From a virus, in the IMG/VR virus record IMGVR_UViG_3300025545_000003, positions 32,001 through 96,000 of that record: DNA of 64,000 nt, one strand, 5' to 3'. The position numbers were made by a program, and so were the translations under genes. Below the pieces are notes generated by a model. That model was not told where the DNA came from. It saw only the letters and a program-made list of their open reading frames with translations, and ran no database searches. Shown in pieces: positions 7,007 through 15,079 of the stretch. The first letter of the stretch is position 1. Each line of letters starts with the position of its first letter.

Positions 7007-8179
7007 ATGGGCTACAACGTCCCCGAACCTTACGCCTCGCTCCTTGCCACGTACCCCGACGTAGCGAACGTCAAGTACGTGTCCCCACCGGATGCTAACC
7101 ATCTGGAGGGAACGGGGGACGGCTCATTGGTCAACCCGTACAGGGGCATCCAGACGGCCATCGATGCTTTTCCGCCCACAGAGATGCCTCCGCCTGACCC
7201 GGCGGACATGGGCCCAGAGGATCTGGTCAACCTGTTCCGGTTCATCGTCGTCAATTCGGGTGTGTACGACGAGAGCCCCATTATCACAGAGGCAGGGCTC
7301 TGGTCCTTTCAATCAGCAGGGCAGGTCCTGCTGATCTCCCCTGTGGCTTTCGCTTACCTGTGGGATCCTGAGCACGAGCCGCCCCCGTCCATTGACGACA
7401 TGCGGTTCTTCCACCTGAACCCGGATGAAACCAAGCTTGACGCTTGGGGCATGTTCATCTTGGACATTCAGCCCCTCTACGGTGCCCCGAAAGACAAGAT
7501 GATCGGCGGCATCGGCAGGAACGGCAGCACCGGGGGTCTGCAGATGTGGACCCTTATGGGCGGGATCGTCTACGAGGTGGAAGCACCCCTCGGTGGCTGG
7601 ACGCACACCCCGTCGCCGTCCATTAGCTTGAAAGATGTCTACGGCCTGGTACTCGTCCCTGGAGAGAACGGGGATTGGGAAGCCGACATCAACATCGACT
7701 GTGACCGAGTCTCGTTCAACTACTTCGAAGTCCTGGGGCTGGAGAAGTACGACGTCGAGATCCTCAACTCCGCCTTCAGTGGCCTTGAGCAGTACTCTGG
7801 ACCTGGTGCCCCTATCTACACGCAGACCTGCCGGTTCTGGGCCAGCAACTGCAACATCACGGGCGACGTGTTCGTGGCAGACGCCGACATCGTGTTCGAC
7901 CACGTTTCCATGAGCGGTGGAGACCTGATTTTCAGGACCTACTGGTCCATCCTGGACTGCAACCTGGACGTCAACGAGTGGGAACACACACAGTCCCCGT
8001 CGGGATCGGTCATCATCAACACCTACTTCGACGTGAACTCGTGGGGTGCGGCCCTTCCCCTGAACGCCCTGAACGTCTGCGCCACCACCTGTGCGATGAG
8101 CAGTTCGGCCCTGTCCAGCTTGCCCGTCCCACATAGCAACTACGCATCAGTCACGAACAGCGTCGTGATCCCCCCGTAA
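7007..8179 (+). CDS. Acidic hypothetical protein, possible beta-helix/virion protein
   Basis: GTGDGSLVNPYRGIQTAID N-terminal motif typical of pectin-lyase-like proteins; RBS GAGGAG. Confidence 0.7.
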   Translation: MGYNVPEPYASLLATYPDVANVKYVSPPDANHLEGTGDGSLVNPYRGIQTAIDAFPPTEMPPPDPADMGPEDLVNLFRFIVVNSGVYDESPIITEAGLWSFQSAGQVLLISPVAFAYLWDPEHEPPPSIDDMRFFHLNPDETKLDAWGMFILDIQPLYGAPKDKMIGGIGRNGSTGGLQMWTLMGGIVYEVEAPLGGWTHTPSPSISLKDVYGLVLVPGENGDWEADINIDCDRVSFNYFEVLGLEKYDVEILNSAFSGLEQYSGPGAPIYTQTCRFWASNCNITGDVFVADADIVFDHVSMSGGDLIFRTYWSILDCNLDVNEWEHTQSPSGSVIINTYFDVNSWGAALPLNALNVCATTCAMSSSALSSLPVPHSNYASVTNSVVIPP

Positions 8180-8182
8180 CCT

Positions 8183-8255
8183 GCCCCAGTAGCTCAGTGG
8201 ATAGAGCATCGGTCTCCTAAACCGAGGGCCGCAGGTTCGATTCCTGCTTGGGGCA
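8183..8255 (+). tRNA. tRNA-Arg(CCT)
   Basis: Cloverleaf, A20. Confidence 0.95.
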
Positions 8256-8333
8256 CTCCCTTCAACAGCACCGCAACAAGGAGAACACCATGGTACTTCG
8301 TCTCAAACAGCCGCCGACCCCCATTCGTTTACT

Positions 8334-8409
8334 GGGCCGGTAGCTCAACTGGATAGTCAGCAAGCGGCTTTTAACCGCTAGGTTCCGGGTTCAAGTCCCG
8401 GTCGGCCCA
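8334..8409 (+). tRNA. tRNA-Lys(TTT)
   Basis: Cloverleaf. Confidence 0.92.
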
Positions 8410-8414
8410 CTATT

Positions 8415-8488
8415 GCGGACGTAGCCAAGAGGTAAGGCATCGGGCTTCCACCCCGTGAGCGCCGGTTCGATTCCGGTCGTCCGCTCCA
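8415..8488 (+). tRNA. tRNA-Gly(TCC)
   Basis: Cloverleaf, CCA. Confidence 0.93.
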
Positions 8489-8499
8489 CCAACAGGGCT

Positions 8500-8895
8500 T
8501 AGGTAGTTCCTCTATTGCGTAGACACCCATGGGTAGGATGTCAGCCTCGGTGAAGCTGGGTACGCAGTGGAGGGGCACAAAACGACGCCTGCACCGCCCG
8601 TGAGATAGGCCCAAACGGGGAACCGTCAACCGGGGAGGGGGTGGAAGTCCTCTTGACCCGCCCGGAAGGGTCCTGCGTTGAGCCGTCATCTTGAGGGCGG
8701 CCTTGAAGGGCAGCGTAGGTACACCCCCTGAAGGACGCCCTTTGGCTGGTGCTTGGACTGGCCCCTGTGGATGAGGGTTTGTATCAACCAAGCTGGAAGC
8801 GGAGTACTCGTCCCCATTGTTGAATCCCACCTTCGGGTGCGGTACTGGACGAGCCGGAAGTACCCCATGGCACGGCGTACTTCCGGCTGTGGGCG
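8500..8895 (+). ncRNA. ~400-nt structured ncRNA candidate
   Basis: Long hairpins (AGCCGGAAGTAC/GTACTTCCGGCT; CTCGTCC/GGACGAG); phage promoter motif at 8497. Confidence 0.45.
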
Positions 8896-8898
8896 TGA

Positions 8899-8970
8899 GG
8901 GCGTATAACTCAGCGGAAGAGTGCCGTCTTGACAAGGCGGAAGTCCCTGGTTCAATCCCAGGTACGCCCA
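8899..8970 (+). tRNA. tRNA-Val(GAC)
   Basis: Cloverleaf. Confidence 0.93.
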
Positions 8971-8987
8971 CTGAATCGGAGGGCTAG

Positions 8988-9173
8988 GTGACGAACAAGG
9001 ACAAGTGGTTCGCAACCTGTATGGTGTTGATGCTTGTGACAGGCTTCGGTCTTGTGGGGCTTGGCCTCGACTCAACGCTGGCATCGATCTTTGAGGTGGC
9101 CGCAGCCGCCATCTGGCTCTTTGGAGTTCCGAAAGTCAGCCGTAGAGCACACCAGTACATCTACGGCAGGTAG
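8988..9173 (+). CDS. Small membrane protein
   Basis: RBS GGAGGG; two hydrophobic segments. Confidence 0.6.
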   Translation: MTNKDKWFATCMVLMLVTGFGLVGLGLDSTLASIFEVAAAAIWLFGVPKVSRRAHQYIYGR

Positions 9174-9179
9174 TTTTGG

Positions 9180-9251
9180 CGCGGGGTAGGGAAGTGGCAT
9201 CCTCCTTGGCTCATAACCAAGGGATCGGCGGTTCAAGTCCGCCCCCCGCAA
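9180..9251 (+). tRNA. tRNA-fMet(CAT)
   Basis: C1:A72 mismatch, CGCGGGG acceptor. Confidence 0.88.
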
Positions 9252-9254
9252 CCT

Positions 9255-9397
9255 CTCGGGCAATCTGACTCGGCCCGTAAGCCCGCCCCACGTCCCCGTC
9301 AGGGTGACGAGCACCCGAAAGGGTAGGGCAACAGGAGCAGACCGTGGGAAGACGCTTTGTACAGCGTCGGAATGCGTCCCGGAGGGACGCCCCACCG
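9255..9397 (+). ncRNA. Structured RNA candidate
   Basis: Motif shared with 4126-4292; several hairpins. Confidence 0.4.
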
Positions 9398-9398
9398 T

Positions 9399-9470
9399 GC
9401 GGGTGTAGTTCAGGGGTAGAACGTCAGCTTCCCAAGCTGGATGTCGTGGGTTCGAATCCCATCACCCGCT
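9399..9470 (+). tRNA. tRNA-Gly(CCC)
   Basis: Cloverleaf. Confidence 0.95.
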
Positions 9471-9474
9471 CTAT

Positions 9475-9547
9475 GGGGCCTTAGCTCACTTGGGAGAGCG
9501 CCGCTTTTGCAAGGCGGAGGTAGCCGGTTCGATCCCGGCAGGCTCCA
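9475..9547 (+). tRNA. tRNA-Ala(TGC)
   Basis: Cloverleaf, G3:U70. Confidence 0.95.
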
Positions 9548-9550
9548 CTA

Positions 9551-9608
9551 TGGGGAGGGCGGGGTGGTCAGGCCCGAAAGGGAGCAGCCATCCTGACCCT
9601 ACCCACCA
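9551..9608 (+). ncRNA. ffs: Minimal SRP (4.5S-like) RNA
   Basis: Hairpin with TCAGG-CCC-GAAA-GGG-AGCAG domain IV signature. Confidence 0.75.
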
Positions 9609-9659
9609 GGCTTAGCCTCCCGTTCACCTGTGTTGAAGAGGTGGACGACGGAGGACGAC

Positions 9660-10106
9660 ATGAGCGTTACATTTTGGTGCCCCGAAGCTCCCCGAGAGGC
9701 CATCGAGACCCCTTGCTGGGGCGAGTGCGACGAAACCTGCCCCATGTGTCACGGCACCAACGTGACCACGGAACAGGTCAGCCCGCACGAGATGAACCTC
9801 GCCAACGCCAACGCCTACAACATCCTCCTCGCCTTGGGTGTCCAGAGTGACGAATCCATGTGCGGCGGGTGGGAGACCCCCGAGGACATCCGCACCATCA
9901 GGGCGGCGATCCTCAAGGCCCGCAACGTGACAGGCCGCAGGGAAGGGGCACACCGAGACGCCGAATCCTACGGCGGGCCGGGAACTGGAACCTGCCGGGT
10001 CGTTTCGCAGGGCTACACCGACGAGCAGGTACTCGACCGGCTGACCCGGTTGGACAAGCTCCTCGCCTACGCTTTGGAGAACAGTCACCGGGTGGTTTGG
10101 GGATGA
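9660..10106 (+). CDS. Hypothetical protein (Cys-rich N-terminus)
   Basis: RBS GGAGGA; phage codon usage. Confidence 0.75.
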   Translation: MSVTFWCPEAPREAIETPCWGECDETCPMCHGTNVTTEQVSPHEMNLANANAYNILLALGVQSDESMCGGWETPEDIRTIRAAILKARNVTGRREGAHRDAESYGGPGTGTCRVVSQGYTDEQVLDRLTRLDKLLAYALENSHRVVWG

Positions 10107-10681
10107 GTGCTCACCGTGAGCGTGTGAAAATGCTCAAGCGGGTCAACGCCCACCAGCAAGTCAACGACCCCTTCTGGTTGTCCGGCTACACCGACGGAAG
10201 CCACCATCCCGACACAGGGAAGGGCGGCGTGGGCCTGTGGGTACGGGACAACGAGACCCGAATCCTCAAGGCTATACCGACCCCTCCGTGGGCTGTGAAC
10301 TCCAACCTCGTGGAACTGTTCGGGGTCTGCGCCGCCATTGAGACGGCCCTGACGGAACTCACACAGGAAGCCAACATCCTCGTCATCAAGACGGACAGCC
10401 AGAGCACGGCCAACTGGTTCGGCTGGCAGGGCAACAAGTCCGTACCGAAGCAGCCTGAAGCCCTCGAGATGATGCAGCACGTCCTAGAGCTTGCCACCGA
10501 CCGCCGAGTGAAGGTGGTCGTCAAGTGGGTGAAGGGACACCAAGGCACGGGCAGCGTCGTGGGCTACTTGAACAACCGGGTCGACAAGATGGCCCGTGAT
10601 GCACGACTGAAAGGTGTACCCTCTCGCTGGTCCTGCCGGGTCAACGAGGAACGCAAGCAAGGGCCTGTAGCTCAACGGTAG
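10103..10681 (+). CDS. rnhA: Ribonuclease HI
   Basis: YTDGS, VELFG, TDSQ, WVKGH, NNRVDKMA motifs. Confidence 0.9.
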   Translation: MSAHRERVKMLKRVNAHQQVNDPFWLSGYTDGSHHPDTGKGGVGLWVRDNETRILKAIPTPPWAVNSNLVELFGVCAAIETALTELTQEANILVIKTDSQSTANWFGWQGNKSVPKQPEALEMMQHVLELATDRRVKVVVKWVKGHQGTGSVVGYLNNRVDKMARDARLKGVPSRWSCRVNEERKQGPVAQR

Positions 10682-10733
10682 AGCCTCCCGCTCATAACGG
10701 GACGGTCGACGGGTTCGACTCCCTCCGGGCCCA
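10661..10733 (+). tRNA. tRNA(CAT), probably Ile2 (lysidine type)
   Basis: GGGCCTG acceptor, A73. Confidence 0.85.
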
Positions 10734-10783
10734 CTAGCCCCTAAACAGCAAGCAGCAGGGTAGGATAAGGCAGGAGGTGCCTC

Positions 10784-11023
10784 ATGCCGGATCTACCCTA
10801 CGTGATGCTCACTGGACTCATCCTCATGCTGGTCGGTGTTCCCCTCTGGATGTACCGCTCAGAGAAGAAGAAGGTGGAGGCCGGGTGTTGCGGGAAGCCG
10901 TGGATCTCCTACTGCCGTGACTCACAGGGCGGCATCGGCTTGAACTGTCAGGAGTGCGACAACGGCACTTGGGTATCCTACTACCGCAAGGGCTTCGTTG
11001 AGGGCGAACAGCAACCATTCTAG
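10784..11023 (+). CDS. Small membrane-anchored Cys-containing protein
   Basis: RBS AGGAGGT; N-terminal TM segment. Confidence 0.7.
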   Translation: MPDLPYVMLTGLILMLVGVPLWMYRSEKKKVEAGCCGKPWISYCRDSQGGIGLNCQECDNGTWVSYYRKGFVEGEQQPF

Positions 11024-11093
11024 GCTCGTAGCTCAGTGGGAGAGCGCCTGCTTCACACGCAGGAAGTCCCCGGTTCAAAACCGGGCGGGCCTA
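11022..11093 (+). tRNA. tRNA-Val(CAC)
   Basis: Cloverleaf. Confidence 0.93.
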
Positions 11094-11111
11094 CTTTGAA
11101 GGAGGGCTAAC

Positions 11112-11639
11112 ATGGAAAGCACACGCAGAGGGTTCCTTGCAGGAGCCGCTGGAGTCACAGGTTGGCTCCTGTTCGGCAAGGGTGCCGAAGCCGCAGCGAA
11201 GGCCGAGGGCAACCGTGTCCTGCGGGAGTTCGATGAGGACGTTGAGGGGTTTCCGCATCACGTCATCGAGATGCAGTTGACCTACGACAACCCGATGCTC
11301 CAGTTCGACGTGCCACTGCCGGACTCGGACTTCGATGGCCTACAGATCAGCATCCCAAGGCGTCAGACGGTGGGCCGCCACACGGCGACGGAGCTTGTGG
11401 ACTACCACAAGCGGAGCCAACCCGACGGTGACATCTGGGGGATCATCCGCCAGCGTGTACCCCAGATGGCACAGGCGAGGGTGAAGAATCCCGCCTACGG
11501 CGACCACAAGATGCACATCGCCACGGTGGTGTGCCACTGCCCGAGCGGGATCGAGGTGGGCATGACGGTGTTGCCCGTAGGCGTGACCGTCGAGGACATG
11601 CACCTGACCATCCCGGCAACGCTGTTGCCGCAGTCCTGA
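11112..11639 (+). CDS. Hypothetical protein with twin-arginine (Tat) signal
   Basis: STRRGFLAGAAG...AEA. Confidence 0.75.
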   Translation: MESTRRGFLAGAAGVTGWLLFGKGAEAAAKAEGNRVLREFDEDVEGFPHHVIEMQLTYDNPMLQFDVPLPDSDFDGLQISIPRRQTVGRHTATELVDYHKRSQPDGDIWGIIRQRVPQMAQARVKNPAYGDHKMHIATVVCHCPSGIEVGMTVLPVGVTVEDMHLTIPATLLPQS

Positions 11640-11657
11640 CAACGCACAAGGCTCCAA

Positions 11658-11733
11658 GGGCGAGTAGCGCAGTGGAAGTAGCACCGGCTTTACAAGCCGT
11701 AGGTCGTGGGTTCAATCCCCACCTCGCCCACCA
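11658..11733 (+). tRNA. tRNA-Val(TAC)
   Basis: Cloverleaf, CCA. Confidence 0.9.
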
Positions 11734-11772
11734 TTCAGGCTTAGCCGGACGCCCGTCCGTGTAGAGAACCTC

Positions 11773-12078
11773 ATGAAGCAGGAAACCCAAGAGTGCCCCC
11801 TGTGCCACCGTGACTGCCCACAGGCGATCATGACGGAGCACCACTTGAAGACCCGCAGGGTGGACAAGGACGACACGGCGATGCTGTGCCGGGAGTGCCA
11901 CAAGACGGTACACGGGCTCTTTGACAACAAGGAACTACGGGACTCGTCCAGAGGGCTGGACACGGTCGAGGGGCTGCTTGCAGACCCCTTGATCCGAAAG
12001 GCCCTCTCCCACATCAGGAAGCTCCCGCCCGGTCAGTTCATGCGGATGTATCGGGCCGGACGCCGCAAGAAGCGCTAG
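11773..12078 (+). CDS. Small HNH-family protein
   Basis: CPLC..TEHHL..LCRECHKTVH. Confidence 0.8.
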   Translation: MKQETQECPLCHRDCPQAIMTEHHLKTRRVDKDDTAMLCRECHKTVHGLFDNKELRDSSRGLDTVEGLLADPLIRKALSHIRKLPPGQFMRMYRAGRRKKR

Positions 12079-12094
12079 ACACCAATCCAAACAT

Positions 12095-12168
12095 GCCCCG
12101 GTAGCTCAGTGGATTAGAGCACACCCCTGCGGAGGGTGGGGTCGGAGGTTCGAATCCTCTCCGGGGTA
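12095..12168 (+). tRNA. tRNA-Arg(GCG)
   Basis: CACCC-CT-GCG-GA-GGGTG, A20. Confidence 0.9.
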
Positions 12169-12173
12169 CTTGT

Positions 12174-12185
12174 GCGCCCGTAGCT
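12174..12185 (+). pseudogene. 5' stub of split tRNA (Arg-like)
   Basis: GCGCCCGTAGCT; pairs with CGGGCGT at 12829-12835. Confidence 0.7.
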
Positions 12186-12228
12186 TTATGGTTTCTCCTC
12201 CGGTATTATCCGGGCAACAGGAGGAACC

Positions 12229-12741
12229 ATGCCAACCTGCAAGAAATGTGGTGTCTCATTCCCCAACAGGATAACGGTTGAGGGGGGCAGGCGAAACATC
12301 TCCAGACGGAAATTCTGCCTGACATGTTCCCCTTGGGGGTCTCGAAACCGAAAAGACCTGAGTGCCCCCTCGATTACCAGCGGAGTGAAAACCTGCCCTC
12401 GGTGTGGGGACGTGAAGGAACTCACTGAGTTCTACACCAGACGGAGAGGTAAGGAGTCCGAGCCTTCCTCCTACTGTAAGGCATGCGCCGCAGAGGAAGC
12501 ACGGGGACGTATGCGGGCATTGAAAGCCCGTTGCGTTGAGTACAAGGGAGGCGGGTGCCGGGTTTGTGGGTACTCGAAAAGCCTCGCTGCGTTGGATTTC
12601 CATCACAGGGATCCCAAGGAGAAAGGTTACGGGATTTCGCAGATCCGAGGTTGGAAATTCGAACGGGTAAAGGAAGAATTAGATAAATGTGACCTTCTGT
12701 GTCGGAATTGCCACTCAGAGGTTCATGACGAGGCCCTGTAA
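12229..12741 (+). CDS. HNH homing endonuclease
   Basis: Zn fingers plus YKGGGCRVCGY..FHHRDP..LLCRNCHSEVH; stop TAA = tRNA positions 8-10. Confidence 0.9.
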   Translation: MPTCKKCGVSFPNRITVEGGRRNISRRKFCLTCSPWGSRNRKDLSAPSITSGVKTCPRCGDVKELTEFYTRRRGKESEPSSYCKACAAEEARGRMRALKARCVEYKGGGCRVCGYSKSLAALDFHHRDPKEKGYGISQIRGWKFERVKEELDKCDLLCRNCHSEVHDEAL

Positions 12742-12804
12742 CCCAGTGGATAGGGTGCCTGACTTCGAATCAGGTTGTCGCAGGTTCGAGTCCTGCCAGG
12801 GCCA
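12732..12804 (+). tRNA. tRNA-Arg(TCG), replacement copy
   Basis: Cloverleaf. Confidence 0.93.
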
Positions 12805-12806
12805 TC

Positions 12807-12836
12807 AGGTTGGGAGTTCGAATCTCCCCGGGCGTT
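12807..12836 (+). pseudogene. 3' part of split tRNA (Arg-like)
   Basis: T-arm plus CGGGCGT. Confidence 0.8.
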
Positions 12837-12841
12837 CTTTT

Positions 12842-12918
12842 CAGGGGGTAGCTCAGTCTGGCAGAGTCCCGGCCTTGGACGCCGGTTGTCGCGGGTTCGA
12901 ATCCCGCCTCCCTGACCA
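12842..12918 (+). tRNA. tRNA-Pro(TGG)
   Basis: Cloverleaf, CCA. Confidence 0.95.
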
Positions 12919-13018
12919 GCCGTAGGAAAAGCGTTGATCACGTATTGTTCAGATAGGAGTATGAGGGGGAGTGCCATGACCGGCATGTCGTAATCAACAA
13001 CCCTCCGAGGAGGCGGAG

Positions 13019-13564
13019 ATGGAAACCTTGGTTTTGAGTCAGAGTTACACGCCGATAAGCCGAGTCCCGTGGCAGAAGGCCATCACATGGGTCGTGCTGG
13101 ATCGTGCCGAAGTCGTAGAAGAGTACGACGAGGCCCAGATCCGCTCCGCCTACAAGGTCTTCCCGATGCCGTCGGTTATCCGTCTGCTCCACAACGTGAC
13201 TGGCTTGTTCCGCAAGGGTGCGAAGTTCAACCGCAAGAACGTATGGCTCCGTGACAAGGGGAAGTGCCAGTACTGCGGGACCAAGGTCTCCATGTCTGAC
13301 TTCACGTTCGACCACGTCGTGCCCCAGTCCAAGGGCGGGCGCACCAAGTGGGAGAACATCGTCGTGGCCTGCTACAAGTGCAACCAGCGGAAGGGTGACC
13401 TCACCTTGGAGAAGGCACGGATGCGCCTGCGTGTCCCGCCGGTAAAGCCGAGGTCGCTGCCCGGTATGGCGTTCCCGACGTTGACGTGGGGAGACAAGAT
13501 GCCGGAGACGTGGAAGGACTACCTCGGCTCCTACAGCTACTGGAACCAGTCCCTCAAGGAATGA
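13019..13564 (+). CDS. HNH endonuclease (McrA-like family)
   Basis: RDKGKCQYCG..TFDHVVPQSKGG..WENIVVAC..CNQRKG. Confidence 0.9.
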   Translation: METLVLSQSYTPISRVPWQKAITWVVLDRAEVVEEYDEAQIRSAYKVFPMPSVIRLLHNVTGLFRKGAKFNRKNVWLRDKGKCQYCGTKVSMSDFTFDHVVPQSKGGRTKWENIVVACYKCNQRKGDLTLEKARMRLRVPPVKPRSLPGMAFPTLTWGDKMPETWKDYLGSYSYWNQSLKE

Positions 13565-13616
13565 CCTGGCCGGGGTCGGATTCGTCCGACCCCGGTTTCT
13601 TTCCTCTACTACCATC

Positions 13617-13644
13617 GGCTTAGCCGCCCTACTTCTAGGGTAGA
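13617..13644 (+). promoter_or_regulatory. Phage promoter motif GGCTTAG-N14-GGGTAGA (one of at least 14 copies)
   Basis: Recurs with fixed spacing upstream of genes on both strands. Confidence 0.75.
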
Positions 13645-13664
13645 GTCCCATGAGGAGGTGCTGC

Positions 13665-14240
13665 ATGGCCGGACACGATCAACTAGAACTCGACGTCGCC
13701 TATCACGGCGGACAGATCATCAACCTGACCCCCGACGCTGATTGGGTTTCTCTTCGCAAGATCGAGATCCCCTCCAAGAACATCGGATACGACTACGCCC
13801 ACGAGGAGAAGTCCCGTGGACACATCATCGCCGTGCTCCCCTTCAGGGTGTCCTACGTGAGTGGGAACCGTGAGTATCTCATCCGCTCCGAAGTGATCCC
13901 GCCGTGGGGCCTCGCTCCGCAAACGTGTGCCGTCACAGGCTCATGGGACAAGGAAGGCGAAACCTTCGATGAGGTAGCCGTTCGGGAGATGCTGGAGGAG
14001 ACCGGGTTCACCGTGACCCTCGGCGAACTGATCGACTTGGGAACCTGCCGGGGCACCAAGGCGCTGGACACCGTCTACCACCTCTACGCCGTGGACACGT
14101 CCGGGAAGATCCCGGAGGAACCGACAGGTGATGGTTCAGAGATGGAAGCCCTCGCCGGGATGCTTTGGGTAGAGTCGTTGGTGGACGTGGAGGATCCCCT
14201 GGTCCCCACGATGTTCCTTCGTCTTCAGTCCAAGGGGTAG
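13665..14240 (+). CDS. NUDIX hydrolase
   Basis: G...EGETFDEVAVREMLEETG Nudix box. Confidence 0.88.
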   Translation: MAGHDQLELDVAYHGGQIINLTPDADWVSLRKIEIPSKNIGYDYAHEEKSRGHIIAVLPFRVSYVSGNREYLIRSEVIPPWGLAPQTCAVTGSWDKEGETFDEVAVREMLEETGFTVTLGELIDLGTCRGTKALDTVYHLYAVDTSGKIPEEPTGDGSEMEALAGMLWVESLVDVEDPLVPTMFLRLQSKG

Positions 14241-14243
14241 CGG

Positions 14244-14870
14244 ATGGCTCACAAGATCAAGCCCACAGATATCACCCTCGCCCACAGACGCCCTCCAACG
14301 TGGAAGGGCTGGATCCCAACCTTCACCGGAGACGGGTTCAACGTCCTGAAACCCGAGGTAGACCAGATCCGATTGGAGGACCTGGCCCACGGCCTCGCCT
14401 TCAAGTTCCGGTACGCTGGACAGACGACGCCCGTGACGGTCGCCGAGCACTCCATCATGGTTTCAAGGGTGATCGGGATTCTGTGGCCCGAGTCCAAAGA
14501 GATGGCGGGCGGCCTACTCCATGACTCCTGCCAAGCGTACCTGCACGACATCCAGAGTCCCGTCCGGCGATACGCCCGCATGGATCTCCCCCACGGAGAG
14601 AGCATCCCGTGGGACAAGCTAGAGGCCAAGGTCAACGGGATCATCGCCAAGGCGTTGGGGCTGGAGCCCCGATTCTGGGCCACCGCTACGGTGAAGGCTG
14701 CGAACCTGCTGGCAGTAGTGATCGAACGCAGGGACTGTGCGGTCCTCTCAAGGCAGACCCGCAAGGGCCTCCCCAAGCTGCCGGAGGAGATCGACCACCT
14801 GCATCTGTCCTACTTGTCGCCGGAGGATGCACAGGAAGCGTTCTTGGCCGAGTACAGCAGCCTGACCTAG
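14244..14870 (+). CDS. HD-domain hydrolase (YfdR-like nucleotidase)
   Basis: EDLAHGLA..RYAG..TVAEHS..LLHD. Confidence 0.85.
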   Translation: MAHKIKPTDITLAHRRPPTWKGWIPTFTGDGFNVLKPEVDQIRLEDLAHGLAFKFRYAGQTTPVTVAEHSIMVSRVIGILWPESKEMAGGLLHDSCQAYLHDIQSPVRRYARMDLPHGESIPWDKLEAKVNGIIAKALGLEPRFWATATVKAANLLAVVIERRDCAVLSRQTRKGLPKLPEEIDHLHLSYLSPEDAQEAFLAEYSSLT

Positions 14871-15079
14871 TCCTCTTCCTCTGCCACGTCGACGGTGATC
14901 TCCTTCTCAGGGACCAACTCCAACAGGTCTTCCGCAATATCGCCGATCAGGTCAGCGTTCTCTGCCAGTTGTACCCGCTGAACCACGACGGTCTCTTCCG
15001 TCCCTGCGGTAGCGGCCTTCAACAAGGCCGAGAACTCTTTGAGGAGTGAGATCCTCTTGGCAAGCGCACGCTGGTTCAT
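14867..15079 (-). CDS. Hypothetical protein
   Basis: Overlapping operon structure. Confidence 0.6.
   Translation of the reverse strand: MNQRALAKRISLLKEFSALLKAATAGTEETVVVQRVQLAENADLIGDIAEDLLELVPEKEITVDVAEEED

Noticed and set aside
470-12836. Group I introns in the split tRNAs
   Set aside because: Only ~25-45 nt lie between the 5' half and the ORF, and a full tRNA follows it; there is no room for, or sign of, a P3-P7 ribozyme core.
13019-13564. HNH as a seventh tRNA-replacement cassette
   Set aside because: There are no flanking tRNA halves or overlapping tRNA, and codon usage is phage-like; the same applies to 11773-12078.
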